This document shows, one piece after another, positions 42,347 through 53,463 of a stretch of 64,000 nucleotides of DNA; within the stretch, counting starts at the first letter, position 1, and each line of letters opens with the position of its first letter. Position numbers and translations under genes: made by a program. The stretch is from Vulcanimicrobiota bacterium. Its GTDB lineage: Bacteria > Vulcanimicrobiota > Vulcanimicrobiia > Vulcanimicrobiales > Vulcanimicrobiaceae. The stretch covers positions 288,001 to 352,000 of the forward strand of contig CAWHWQ010000001.1 of the NCBI GenBank assembly GCA_963833095.1. The letters are read 5' to 3'. Below the pieces are notes generated by a model. The model worked only from the letters and a program-made list of their open reading frames with translations. It was not told the DNA's origin and searched no databases.

Positions 42347-42927
42347 GGGCTCATCCTCCGGACACGAAATGCAATGCTTATACGGGGTCCGACTTCCCCA
42401 CCCGTCTTGGGAATCCCGTGATCGTAGGTGCGCTGCGTCTCGTAAGACATCACCAAAAGGCTTCCGGGCTCGAGATCGAGATCGAGCACGCGGCGCGGTA
42501 ATGACTTGCTGCGAATGGTCATACGGCGCGTTGCGCCGAGAGAAACGAGCGCGATCGGTTCGCCCGCGACGAGCTCAGGCAGGCGGTCGTTATGCGGCGC
42601 GACACTATCGCGACCGTCGCGATAGAGATTGAGCCCGATGCTGGTGAAATGCGCGCCCGTCAAGCCCTCGACGATCGGGACTATCTCGGCAAGCGGCTGC
42701 GCTAGTTCACCGTCGATGCGCGTGGATGCGACAAGTCGCGGGACGTCCACTTCGCGCTCGTACATCATGCGCCGCTCGCTGCGCCAGGGAATCGCGTTCA
42801 ATAGTTGCTCGAAAACGCGCAATGACTGCTCCGCGCTCAGCGCCGCCGGATAATAGACGATCGTTCCGCTCGAGTCATCGAGGATGACCCGAGCATCCGA
42901 TTGGAAGAACCCGAGCTGTTGCGACAC
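42343..42927 (-). CDS. AlkB-like 2OG-Fe(II) dioxygenase
   Basis: LNLYRDGRDSVAPHND, SLGATR, HGIPK, RISIAFR. Confidence 0.9.
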   Translation of the reverse strand: MSQQLGFFQSDARVILDDSSGTIVYYPAALSAEQSLRVFEQLLNAIPWRSERRMMYEREVDVPRLVASTRIDGELAQPLAEIVPIVEGLTGAHFTSIGLNLYRDGRDSVAPHNDRLPELVAGEPIALVSLGATRRMTIRSKSLPRRVLDLDLEPGSLLVMSYETQRTYDHGIPKTGGEVGPRISIAFRVRRMSP

Positions 42928-42968
42928 ACGATCTTCAACACGTATGTGGCCGAGATCGTTCCGGGGTG

Positions 42969-43343
42969 TTACAGCGGGAGGATCACGCTGACTTGCGAGC
43001 GTGGCCGAGGCAGAATGTTGATAACGCCGCCAAGCCGTTCGATGATCTCGAAGCCGCGCCCGCGCAACGATTCGGGATCGCGCCGCCCCGGCCGCGCGAT
43101 ATCTTGACCCGAATCCAAGACCTCAAGGACTAGCGACTTGCCTTGCGAGCGCAGCTGAATATCAACCGGAATGCGCCCGTGTTCGCACGCATTTGCGATC
43201 AGTTCGCCAAAGATCATCACGGCCGTTTCGATATCTGCCTGGGTGCGACCGTCATCGCGCAGCACCTGCGCGAAGGCGTGCCGCGAGCCCGCAACGGCTC
43301 CGGCGTCGGCTCGCGTGATTCGCCACGTCCATCGCTTCGTCAT
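42969..43343 (-). CDS. Anti-sigma-type HATPase (RsbW-like)
   Basis: ELIANACEHG, EVLDSG, GRGFEII. Confidence 0.85.
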   Translation of the reverse strand: MTKRWTWRITRADAGAVAGSRHAFAQVLRDDGRTQADIETAVMIFGELIANACEHGRIPVDIQLRSQGKSLVLEVLDSGQDIARPGRRDPESLRGRGFEIIERLGGVINILPRPRSQVSVILPL

Positions 43344-44812
43344 TGGCCAGTTCGAACCGTTAGCATCGGCGGGGCCGATGCAAGCAGAGTGCCCAGGCTG
43401 CGACCCAGGATCGGGCGCGCACGCTCCGGCGCGCTCGCATGTTCCATTGCTCCATCGACGTTAGTTTCCCGGAAACTTACCGTGAGAATCGCAACGTCGT
43501 CGATTGGCGGCTCGCCGCCGAAGATCTCCCGCATCAACGCGTCAGCCGGATCGCCCGCATCGTGAGGAATTGCGCGCAATGCGTCAAGCAAGCGGCGTTC
43601 ACCCTGGTCCCAATCGCGATCGTATTCGACGAGTCCGTCGGTGTAAAGCGCGAGCAACGATCCCGGCGATATGAGCGCCGACGTCACCGCGTAGGCCGGT
43701 TGATAGAGAGCGCCGAGCGGAGGCCCCGTAGCTCCGATCGTTTCGATCGTGCCGTCCACCAGTCGAATAAGCGCAGGCGGATGGCCGGCGTTCGCCAGGC
43801 GAATCACACCTTTTGCAAGATCGATTGTGCCACAAATTGCCGTGACGATCGTCCCATCTTGCATGAGCAAAATTTCATTAGCCCGCGAGAGCACGGCGGC
43901 TGGATCCGGCTCGTCGATTCCGACGGAGAGCAGCGCCTGACGTACTCGGCTCATCACGACGGCGGCTTCGATGCCGTGACCGGCAACGTCACCGATCGAG
44001 AAGAGAATTCGATCATCGCTTAATTCGAAGGCGTCGTACCAATCGCCGCCGACGCGCGATTCGCGGCCGGCCGGAACGTAGACGGCGTGCAGCTCGGCTT
44101 GGGCGACATCCGGCAGACTTTTCTGCAAGAACGCCTCCTGTAGCGCATCGGCAATCCGCTTTTCTTCGAGATAGGCTTGGCGCTGCAGTTCAACCTCGAA
44201 GGCGAGACGCCGTTGCGCCGCCGAGAGCCAGGTCAATAATCCCGCGAGCACGACGCCGAGAACGATCGCGCCGACGAGCGTCTCGGTCACCGCTTGCGCG
44301 GTCGACGTCTCGGCGATATCAGCAGCGGTGGTGAGTTCGTCGGACAAAATCACGTCGTTCGCGCGAAATTGGTCGACGAGGCGTTTTCCCTCGACCTGCG
44401 TCGCGATGTGCTCATTGCTTCCGGGATTTCGAATTAGCCGGGCAGCGACGGTGCGCAACCATCGCTGGTTCAAATCGATTTCGTCCCGTAGCGGCGCCTC
44501 GTCAACTCCGAGACGTTGCAGGCCTTGACCCAGCTGCGCAGCGGTCGGAGCGAATGTGTGAAGCGCTGCCGTATACGGCGCCAAGAACAGAGGCATTCTG
44601 GTGTCGGTGTAGCCGCGAACGCCCGCCTCCTCGTCGATCTGAAAACGCAACAGCCGCGCGCGATCGAGCTGCGCCATGCGCAATTCACGCTGAAACGCCA
44701 GATTTCTCTCGACGGCGTTGCGAATCGAGAACGCGGCGAAAATGAACACGAGGAGCACCGCAACAGCGGACAAGTATCCCAGTATCGGGCCGAGGCGCTC
44801 GGGCCTCGTCAC
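43340..44812 (-). CDS. CHASE3-like sensor SpoIIE/PP2C phosphatase
   Basis: Two TMs flanking DEEAGVRGY..FLAPY; VGGDWYD, GDVAGHG, YTDGL, DDVA. Confidence 0.88.
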   Translation of the reverse strand: MTRPERLGPILGYLSAVAVLLVFIFAAFSIRNAVERNLAFQRELRMAQLDRARLLRFQIDEEAGVRGYTDTRMPLFLAPYTAALHTFAPTAAQLGQGLQRLGVDEAPLRDEIDLNQRWLRTVAARLIRNPGSNEHIATQVEGKRLVDQFRANDVILSDELTTAADIAETSTAQAVTETLVGAIVLGVVLAGLLTWLSAAQRRLAFEVELQRQAYLEEKRIADALQEAFLQKSLPDVAQAELHAVYVPAGRESRVGGDWYDAFELSDDRILFSIGDVAGHGIEAAVVMSRVRQALLSVGIDEPDPAAVLSRANEILLMQDGTIVTAICGTIDLAKGVIRLANAGHPPALIRLVDGTIETIGATGPPLGALYQPAYAVTSALISPGSLLALYTDGLVEYDRDWDQGERRLLDALRAIPHDAGDPADALMREIFGGEPPIDDVAILTVSFRETNVDGAMEHASAPERARPILGRSLGTLLASAPPMLTVRTGQ

Positions 44813-45120
44813 GGCGAGGCTTTCGCCTCGTCGAGCGTATCCGCCACAGAAAGAACACCGTTGAGGCCGGCCGCCTCAAACAGGCGACGGACGGCCGGGC
44901 TAGCCACGACCCAAACGCGCGCCCTTCCCGATCGATCCCGTCCGCGCTGCACGTACAGAATCTCAGCAAGCGCGCTCGAGTCGATGTAGGTGACGGCCGA
45001 CAAGTCAACGATCGCCGCTCGCGCTTCGCTAAGCGGCGCAAGCTTTGTCCGAAGCTCCTCGCGGGTCGTGAAGTCGATCTCTCCCGAGAACCCGGCTATC
45101 TGGAATTGGTCATCGTTCAC
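44809..45120 (-). CDS. STAS anti-anti-sigma factor
   Basis: GEIDF, DLSAVTYIDSSAL, RRLFEAAGL. Confidence 0.88.
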   Translation of the reverse strand: MNDDQFQIAGFSGEIDFTTREELRTKLAPLSEARAAIVDLSAVTYIDSSALAEILYVQRGRDRSGRARVWVVASPAVRRLFEAAGLNGVLSVADTLDEAKASP

Positions 45121-45290
45121 GCGCTTGTCACTTTAGCGCTACGACAGGAATCCCCCCTAGAAGTCAAGCTCCGGTTTTTAGGATGGTCCCGCTCGGCTCG
45201 CCGAAGGAACCGGCGGAACTCGAGCGCCAGCGCGTCCTAGCCGCGCAGGCCAAGGCGCTGGTCGCCGATATTGCGAAATCGCAGTAGCCT

Positions 45291-45470
45291 ATGTCACAAC
45301 TCCGATACGGCGACCATGTCGTCATAGAAAACCTCGGCACTCGAGGTGAAGTCATCGAGGTCGACACGCGCTCCGTTGTCGTTCGCTACAAGAAGGACGA
45401 CGGCGAACTGATCGAGCACCGCTTTCGGCCCGAAGACCTCACCTACGTTCCGAAACCGCACGTGGAATAA
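45291..45470 (+). CDS. Small SH3/KOW-like beta protein (59 aa, absent from ORF track)
   Basis: Own translation: MSQLRYGDHVVIENLGTRGEVIEVDTRSVVVRYKKDDGELIEHRFRPEDLTYVPKPHVE. Confidence 0.6.
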   Translation: MSQLRYGDHVVIENLGTRGEVIEVDTRSVVVRYKKDDGELIEHRFRPEDLTYVPKPHVE

Positions 45471-45831
45471 TTCGTACGGGAATACGCACTCTGAGCGCAA
45501 CCCCCGGGTGGCGATTAGCGGCATCGTCGAAAACCGGGGTGTCGTCGGTGGTCGGATAGGTGCAGTCGTTCGCGTGATGACATTTGTTCGCCTGAACGAC
45601 CGAAGCTACGACGAGCACAGCGACCAAAGCGCCGATCGCCCCTTGAACCCATGCCACTGTATGGTTCGGCGCGGGTGCGGGCAGTGGCGCGTTAACCGGC
45701 GCTACCGTGCTGACGGCAGCGGGCGGCGCGGCGGTGAGCGGCACCGTTTGCGACTGCGCTGCCGGCGACGTGTCGAGCGCGATGATCGTCGCGATGAGGG
45801 CTGACGTAAGAATGCGCTGGGGGCGATTCAT
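45439..45831 (-). CDS. Hypothetical exported/membrane protein
   Basis: AGGAG SD; signal peptide; Pro/Ala linker; TM; CHHANDC. Confidence 0.5.
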   Translation of the reverse strand: MNRPQRILTSALIATIIALDTSPAAQSQTVPLTAAPPAAVSTVAPVNAPLPAPAPNHTVAWVQGAIGALVAVLVVASVVQANKCHHANDCTYPTTDDTPVFDDAANRHPGVALRVRIPVRIIPRAVSERR

Positions 45832-46008
45832 GAGCAGCTCCTTCTGACCTAGCGGTCCAAGTTAGCATGCTCTCCTCGCTTGATATGCGGGTGACAGTCA
45901 CTTGACAAGTTCTAACGGATCGATGCCCCCGGCCCGCTGCTATGATTGAGTCCTTTTCGCCCGGGGCACAAGGGGCCATGGCAACAAGAGACGCGTTGAG
46001 ACAAACTC

Positions 46009-46869
46009 GTGCCACGAGCGAATAGCGTCGAAGAAGGCAGCGGCACCGGCGCACTTAGTGCTCAGGAAGTCCGCGAAGCGGATCGGCGTACGAATCCGCG
46101 AGCAGCCATTGTTTTCGAAACTGTTCGGCGTGAAGGACAGCAAGAACTCGAACGGCCGACCGTGTCACTGGCATTCTCCGGTTTGGCGGCGGGTCTTTCG
46201 ATGGGTTTTTCGCTCGTAGCCACGGGCGTTATTCAAGCGGCATTGCCTGTCAATGCAGCGTGGACACCGCTGGTTGCAAATCTTGGCTACACACTGGGCT
46301 TCTTGATCGTCGTCATGGGGCGGCAGCAGCTCTTCACCGAAAACACCGTAACGGCAATCATCCCGCTGCTCGACAGCCGTAGAAAGTGGAGCACGTTTCG
46401 AGATGTCGTACGGATGTGGACAATCGTGCTGACGACAAACCTTCTTGGTGCGGCGATCTTCGCGCTGCTCGTTGCGCACACCGACAGTTTTTCACCGGGG
46501 ATAAAAGCGGCATTTTTGGAACTTGGGACGACGACGCTCTCGTACGGCTTCGGAACGACGCTGGTAAAGGGGATTTTTGCCGGCTGGCTCATCGCGCTGA
46601 TGGTGTGGCTATTACCCGCCGCCGAGCACTCGCGGCCGGCCATCGTGATCATCATCACGTATATCGTCGGTGCTGCCGGCCTCTCCCACGTCATCGCGGG
46701 ATCAGTGGAAGGTTTGTATGCGGTGTTCGAAGGCGCCGTATCGTTCTCCGATTACGTCGTCAATTTTCTCTTGCCCGTGTTCATCGGGAATTGCCTCGGT
46801 GGCGTTTTGCTCGTGTCGATTCTCAACTACGCGCAGGTTGCGCAGGAAGGTCCGGATTCTCACGTTTAG
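46009..46869 (+). CDS. Formate/nitrite transporter family (YfdC-like)
   Basis: EGQQELERP, AAGLSMGFS, QQLFTENT, HVIAGSVE, GNCLGG. Confidence 0.88.
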   Translation: MPRANSVEEGSGTGALSAQEVREADRRTNPRAAIVFETVRREGQQELERPTVSLAFSGLAAGLSMGFSLVATGVIQAALPVNAAWTPLVANLGYTLGFLIVVMGRQQLFTENTVTAIIPLLDSRRKWSTFRDVVRMWTIVLTTNLLGAAIFALLVAHTDSFSPGIKAAFLELGTTTLSYGFGTTLVKGIFAGWLIALMVWLLPAAEHSRPAIVIIITYIVGAAGLSHVIAGSVEGLYAVFEGAVSFSDYVVNFLLPVFIGNCLGGVLLVSILNYAQVAQEGPDSHV

Positions 46870-47221
46870 CTCGGTGGACGAGTACATCGCTTCTCAGCCC
46901 GAAGGATCGCAGAAAACCCTGCAGCGTCTGCGGGATACGATCCGCAAGGCGATACCGAATGCGCAGGAAGTAATGTCATACAACATGCCGACGTACACGT
47001 GGCAGGGCTCGTCGGTACTCCAGTTCGCGGCGTGGAAAGGCCACTACTCGCTCTACGGATCGACCGGGCCGATACTTCAAGCGTTCGCGGATGATCTACG
47101 CGGATACAAGATCGACAAAGGCACGATCCGTTTTCCGCTCGACGAGCCCGTACCCGAGAAATTAATCGCTCGGATCGCGAAGTATCGACTCCAGGAACTT
47201 TCGCGAGTGCGCAAGAGCTAA
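46862..47221 (+). CDS. DUF1801 (YdhG-like) protein; start uncertain (first canonical GTG at 46874)
   Basis: SVDEYIA, LRDTIRKAIPNAQEVMSYNMP, KGTIRFPLDEPVP. Confidence 0.8.
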   Translation, partial: TFSSVDEYIASQPEGSQKTLQRLRDTIRKAIPNAQEVMSYNMPTYTWQGSSVLQFAAWKGHYSLYGSTGPILQAFADDLRGYKIDKGTIRFPLDEPVPEKLIARIAKYRLQELSRVRKS

Positions 47222-47222
47222 G

Positions 47223-47534
47223 CTATAACCCGATTCGCGTGAGGTCGAAAACGATCTGCTGCGTCGTCGGGCTGTCCCACCAATTCGCAATGGCAGCTTC
47301 GAGCTCGCGCACCGACCGTAGCGCGCTTACGTGCTTCTCAAGGGCTTCTCGACTTGGCGCCGTTTTTGCAAGCTCGGCATGGAGCCGATCGATCGACTCA
47401 TGCGCGCTGTGGGTTCGAGGAAGCGCACTGCGCAGGGCCTGCGCGGGAAATGACGCGAGCAATTCTTGGTTTGCGACCATTCCGGTCGCATCGGCGGCTT
47501 CGACCTCTTTACGAATATCGTCGTTCTTGTCCAT
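47223..47534 (-). CDS. Hypothetical protein
   Basis: Intact 103-aa helical ORF ending L.RIGL. Confidence 0.55.
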   Translation of the reverse strand: MDKNDDIRKEVEAADATGMVANQELLASFPAQALRSALPRTHSAHESIDRLHAELAKTAPSREALEKHVSALRSVRELEAAIANWWDSPTTQQIVFDLTRIGL

Positions 47535-47581
47535 GGGGTCGAGCTACGCCAGTTTGTCGATGCGCGCCTGGTGGGGAAAAG

Positions 47582-47654
47582 CTCCCGGTGCTGGACTCGA
47601 ACCAGCGACCCATTGATTAACAGTCAATTGCTCTACCAACTGAGCTAACCGGGA
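47582..47654 (-). tRNA. tRNA-Asn(GTT), CCA not encoded
   Basis: TCCCGGT-TAGCTCAGTTGGTAGAGC-ATTGA-CTGTTAA-TCAAT-GGGTC-GCTGGTTCGAGTCCAGC-ACCGGGA-G cloverleaf. Confidence 0.97.
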
Positions 47655-47742
47655 AGGCAGCGTCCCCGCGATTCTCGCGGGGTACTGCGGGATTCTACTG
47701 GATCAGAGACCACCGGCGCAAGCAGCCTTGGTCGTGCGGGCG

Positions 47743-47913
47743 CTAAAAGGTTTGAGCGTAGCCGGCCGAAGCGGTCGACGCGCCGTGCGGATGGGCTACG
47801 ACGGTGGCGATAATCTTGAGCTGTGGCGGCGCGATCGCTGCTCCGAGAGCTTCGGACCCTGCGAGGACGACAAGGGCGGCGGCGGCGAGGCTAAGGACGA
47901 ATCGGGCGTACAT
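47743..47913 (-). CDS. Small secreted peptide (56 aa, absent from ORF track)
   Basis: MYARFVLSLAAAALVVLAGSEALGAAIAPPQLKIIATVVAHPHGASTASAGYAQTF; AGGAG SD and sigma70 promoter upstream. Confidence 0.55.
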   Translation of the reverse strand: MYARFVLSLAAAALVVLAGSEALGAAIAPPQLKIIATVVAHPHGASTASAGYAQTF

Positions 47914-47948
47914 TTCCGGCATCTCCTAAAGAATTAGTTGATACCGCT

Positions 47949-47977
47949 ACGTTACTCCGGCCGGCTTAAACTGTCAA
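47949..47977 (-). promoter_or_regulatory. sigma70-type promoter
   Basis: TTGACA-17 nt-TAACGT on the minus strand. Confidence 0.6.
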
Positions 47978-47989
47978 CTAAAGAATTAA

Positions 47990-48448
47990 TTAGAAGCCCG
48001 GAACCCCCAGGGCTAGCAGAGCGGCCAAGAATGGGATGCAGGCCAGCAGCGCAATCTCGGCCCCTAGGAGTCCCCACATCCGCCGATAGCCGCCCGGATC
48101 GACCGTGACCAGCCCCGAGGCATCCGCGCGCGCTCCGAGGCGAATGTAGTGGATCGTCGGCGGGATCGAAAGCAACGCGATCGCGACAAAGAACCCCATC
48201 TTCGTCCAAAAGATGGGGTTGTGCAGATAAAAGGCCGCGCCCTTGAGTCCGAGGGTGACGCGCAAAATTCCACTCACAACGACCAAGGCCGCGCTGATGC
48301 CATACCAGGCATCGACGCGCCGCAAGGTCGTGAGGCGCGCGAGATCCATGTTGCGGCGATAGAGCGCGACCTCCGAAACGAGCGTACCGACGAGCCCAAA
48401 GATGCACACGAAGTGCAGCCACGCCAGCAGCGCTTCGAGCGGCGGCAT
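47990..48448 (-). CDS. DUF2214-family membrane protein
   Basis: AWLHF, DAWYGISA, KGAAFYLHNPIFWTK, LSIPPT. Confidence 0.85.
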   Translation of the reverse strand: MPPLEALLAWLHFVCIFGLVGTLVSEVALYRRNMDLARLTTLRRVDAWYGISAALVVVSGILRVTLGLKGAAFYLHNPIFWTKMGFFVAIALLSIPPTIHYIRLGARADASGLVTVDPGGYRRMWGLLGAEIALLACIPFLAALLALGVPGF

Positions 48449-49060
48449 CTAGTGGTTATTCGACGGCGAGTTCGGAGCCTGACGGCGAATCGTTACCGTT
48501 TGATTGAGCGTGATCTGCACGTCGGAGCCTGAGAGCAGTTGGAAGTTCGCCTTCCCGTTGAGGCCGTAAAGCAGGCCGCCGGCTGCGCCGACCGCGCCGC
48601 CGCCGCTCACATGGAAAATCGTCTTCCCGATTGCATTGCCCAGCAGCATGCCACCGAGCGTCGTGAGCGCAACCTTGAGCCCGTTCTTGTGCTCGTCTTT
48701 GCGCTGGTCCGACGTCATCGTCGCCGAGATATCGACGGTGCTGCCATCTGCAAGACGAAGATAATCGAATTGCAGACCGATCGACGGCTTGCGTCCTTGC
48801 CCTGCTGTGGTAACACTCGTGACTTCGCCCGCGATGATCCCGCCTTGAAACGCCGGATTGCCGCTTGGATACGGCGGCACGACATCCATCACAAACCGGT
48901 CGCCGACGTGCGCTTTGCCAGTGTCGATCGTCGTTCGCATCCGCGCATTGATCTGCGCTCCCTGGTACAGCGTCAACTGTTCCTGAGCCGACGCGATAAG
49001 GGTGCTGCCAACGATAGAGGCAAGGAGCGCGAGCGCTATGAAACCGTTTCGAAATCTCAT
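48449..49060 (-). CDS. Secreted TrbI/VirB10-like beta protein with glycine zipper
   Basis: Signal peptide; GDRF..V..P..GGIIAGEVTSV; GGMLLGNAIG..GAVGAAGG. Confidence 0.6.
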   Translation of the reverse strand: MRFRNGFIALALLASIVGSTLIASAQEQLTLYQGAQINARMRTTIDTGKAHVGDRFVMDVVPPYPSGNPAFQGGIIAGEVTSVTTAGQGRKPSIGLQFDYLRLADGSTVDISATMTSDQRKDEHKNGLKVALTTLGGMLLGNAIGKTIFHVSGGGAVGAAGGLLYGLNGKANFQLLSGSDVQITLNQTVTIRRQAPNSPSNNH

Positions 49061-49087
49061 ATTCTCCCCTTTTGCTCTCAAACGTAA

Positions 49088-49116
49088 GAACCCCGCGGGC
49101 CGGTTCCGCGGGGTTC
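49088..49116. terminator. GC-rich hairpin (possible terminator/processing site)
   Basis: GAACCCCGCGG..CCGCGGGGTTC. Confidence 0.55.
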
Positions 49117-49123
49117 GTGTTTT

Positions 49124-49711
49124 CTAAGGCGTTTGTAAGCTGCTGGCGAGCTGGAGCGTTACCGGTGCGCCTACTTGCACCACGATCGGCTTGCGTCGCT
49201 CCGACGCGTATGCAAAACCGCCGGTTTGCGCGGTTTGTGACGGCGAACTGGAACCACCGCCACCGAGATTCATATTCATAGACCAGATCATCGAGGATTG
49301 ATTCGGCGGCCCAACCGTATTCGGCATACTGACCGGTCCGGGCGGAGGTAATGGAGCGCCTGGGCCCGTGGCCGTGCGTTGCACGACGTTCCTCGACACC
49401 ACAAACGCTCGAATCGGTACGCGCGCCCCGTCCGAGAATACGATGGTGTCGAACAAGAACGCGATTTCGGCGCGTTCGAAACCGTGCGGCTGATAGACGT
49501 GGGTTATGTGCCCGTGAATGACGGCTCCCGCAAGTGACGGAAGCGCGGGATCCTTCACGCTCAGTTTGAAGGTATCGCCGGCCTGCGCCGTGCTTGAATT
49601 CACGGCGGTCTCCATGACGCACGAAATGCGCGTTCCGGCCTTGAGTGTGGTCGGTTGGGTGAGCGTCGTCACTCCAAGAACAACGGTCGCGAGCGCAGCG
49701 AGAATGTTCAT
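49124..49711 (-). CDS. Secreted protein resembling the downstream TrbI-like protein
   Basis: Signal peptide; [25 protein letters not shown]. Confidence 0.6.
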   Translation of the reverse strand: MNILAALATVVLGVTTLTQPTTLKAGTRISCVMETAVNSSTAQAGDTFKLSVKDPALPSLAGAVIHGHITHVYQPHGFERAEIAFLFDTIVFSDGARVPIRAFVVSRNVVQRTATGPGAPLPPPGPVSMPNTVGPPNQSSMIWSMNMNLGGGGSSSPSQTAQTGGFAYASERRKPIVVQVGAPVTLQLASSLQTP

Positions 49712-50934
49712 TGCGCGAAGTTCGGGACGCGCAGCGCCTCGCCCGTAAAGCCGGTCGCGCTTCGCAGCGCCTCGATTCGATCGGCTCGCTCCCACGGAAG
49801 GTCGAGATCGGGACGTCCGAAGTGGCCATACGCCGCCGTTTGTTTGTAGATCGGGCGGCGCAAATTAAGGTAGTGGATGATCGCCGCCGGACGCAGATCG
49901 AAGACTTGCTTGACCGCGTTTGCAATCTGCTCTTCGGGGATCTTTGACGTGCCGAAGGTCTCGACGAGCACGCTCATCGGTTCGGCGACGCCGATCGCAT
50001 AGGCAACCTGCAGCTCGCAGCGATCCGCAAGCCCGGCTGCAACGACGTTTTTGGCTACCCAGCGCGCCGCATAGGCCGCCGAGCGATCGACCTTGGTCGG
50101 ATCTTTGCCCGAAAACGCGCCACCGCCGTGCCGAGCCATGCCGCCGTACGTGTCGGCGATGATCTTGCGCCCGGTGAGTCCGGCGTCGCCCTTGGGACCA
50201 CCAATCACGAAACGTCCGGTCGGATTGACGTAGACGCGCGTGTTCCGATCGAACATCGCACCAGGGATGACGTGCTTGATCACCTTGTCGGTCACTTCGT
50301 TACGAATCACTTCTAGCGCGATATCGGGATCGTGTTGCGTCGAGATCACGACTGCGTCCACGCGTACCGGGCGGTCGCCGTCATACTCGACGGTGACTTG
50401 CGATTTCCCGTCAGGGCGCAGATACGGAATGTCGCCGTTCTTGCGCAGTGCGGCGAGATGGCGCGTCAAATTGTGCGCGAGCACGATCGGCAGCGGCATA
50501 AGCTCGGCCGTCTCACGCGAGGCATAGCCGAACATCATGCCTTGATCGCCGGCGCCTGTCTGCTCGAACTCGTCGTCGCGTCCGCCCTTGGCTTCGAGCG
50601 ACTTATCGACGCCCATTGCGATGTCGGGCGACTGCTCGTCGATCGACACGCTCACGCCGCACGTATCGGCGTCGAAGCCGACCGCCGACTTCGTGTAGCC
50701 GATTTCAGCGATCGTCTGGCGCACGATGCGCGGGATGTCGATATACGTCTTCGTCGTCACCTCGCCGGCGATGTGGATCTGTCCGGTGATGGCGAACGTC
50801 TCAACCGCGACGCGCGAATACGGATCGTCTTTGAGCAGCGCATCGAGGACTGCGTCGGAGATTTGGTCGGCAACCTTGTCGGGATGCCCTTCGGTCACGG
50901 ACTCAGATGTGAACAGTCTGCGGTAATCGCCCAT
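49708..50934 (-). CDS. metK: S-adenosylmethionine synthetase
   Basis: [28 protein letters not shown]. Confidence 0.98.
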   Translation of the reverse strand: MGDYRRLFTSESVTEGHPDKVADQISDAVLDALLKDDPYSRVAVETFAITGQIHIAGEVTTKTYIDIPRIVRQTIAEIGYTKSAVGFDADTCGVSVSIDEQSPDIAMGVDKSLEAKGGRDDEFEQTGAGDQGMMFGYASRETAELMPLPIVLAHNLTRHLAALRKNGDIPYLRPDGKSQVTVEYDGDRPVRVDAVVISTQHDPDIALEVIRNEVTDKVIKHVIPGAMFDRNTRVYVNPTGRFVIGGPKGDAGLTGRKIIADTYGGMARHGGGAFSGKDPTKVDRSAAYAARWVAKNVVAAGLADRCELQVAYAIGVAEPMSVLVETFGTSKIPEEQIANAVKQVFDLRPAAIIHYLNLRRPIYKQTAAYGHFGRPDLDLPWERADRIEALRSATGFTGEALRVPNFAQ

Positions 50935-52905
<1,971 letters not shown>

Positions 52906-52909
<4 letters not shown>

Positions 52910-53463
52910 TGATTCGCGTTGCGACGCCCGACGATGCTCCAGCATTCGCCGCGATCTATGCGCCGATCGTCACCGAGACGCACATCTCGTTTGAAGAGCA
53001 CGCGCCCGGCGAAGCGGAAATGCGCGAGCGCATCGTCGCGACGCTGACGTGGACGCCCTGGCTAGCGGCGATCGTGGGCGATCGGATCGCAGGGTACGCG
53101 TATGCGAGCCGGCATCGCGAACGCGCAGCATACCGCTGGTCAGTCGACGTGTCGGTCTATCTCGATTCACGCGCCCGTGGGCGCGGCATCGGCCGCGCGC
53201 TCTACGAAGAGCTCTTCTCGCTGCTCGAGCGGCAGAACTTTCACCACGCGTACGCCGGCATCACACTTCCCAACGACGCGAGCATTGGTCTCCATCGCGC
53301 GCTCGGGTTCGAACCGATCGGGATCTATCGGCGCGTTGGTTGGAAGGCCGGCGCGTGGTACGACGTCGCCTGGTTCGGCCGCGACCTGCGCGCAGACGGC
53401 GATGACGCCTCGCCGCCTGCCGAACCGATTCCCTTTGCGCGGATTAGGGCATCGCCGCCTTGA
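52906..53463 (+). CDS. Phosphinothricin/arsinothricin-type GNAT N-acetyltransferase
   Basis: ISFEEHAP, RAAYRWSV, AGITLPNDASIGLH, VGWKAGAWYDV. Confidence 0.88.

Noticed and set aside
45183..45287. 34-aa ORF MVPLGSPKEPAELERQRV...
   Set aside because: Too short and motif-free to support; may be a gene remnant.
39558..47654. tRNA-Asn-anchored genomic island
   Set aside because: Short mixed-orientation genes lie past the tRNA 3' end, but there is no integrase and no convincing att duplication (only short AAGCTCC matches near 37990 and 45167).
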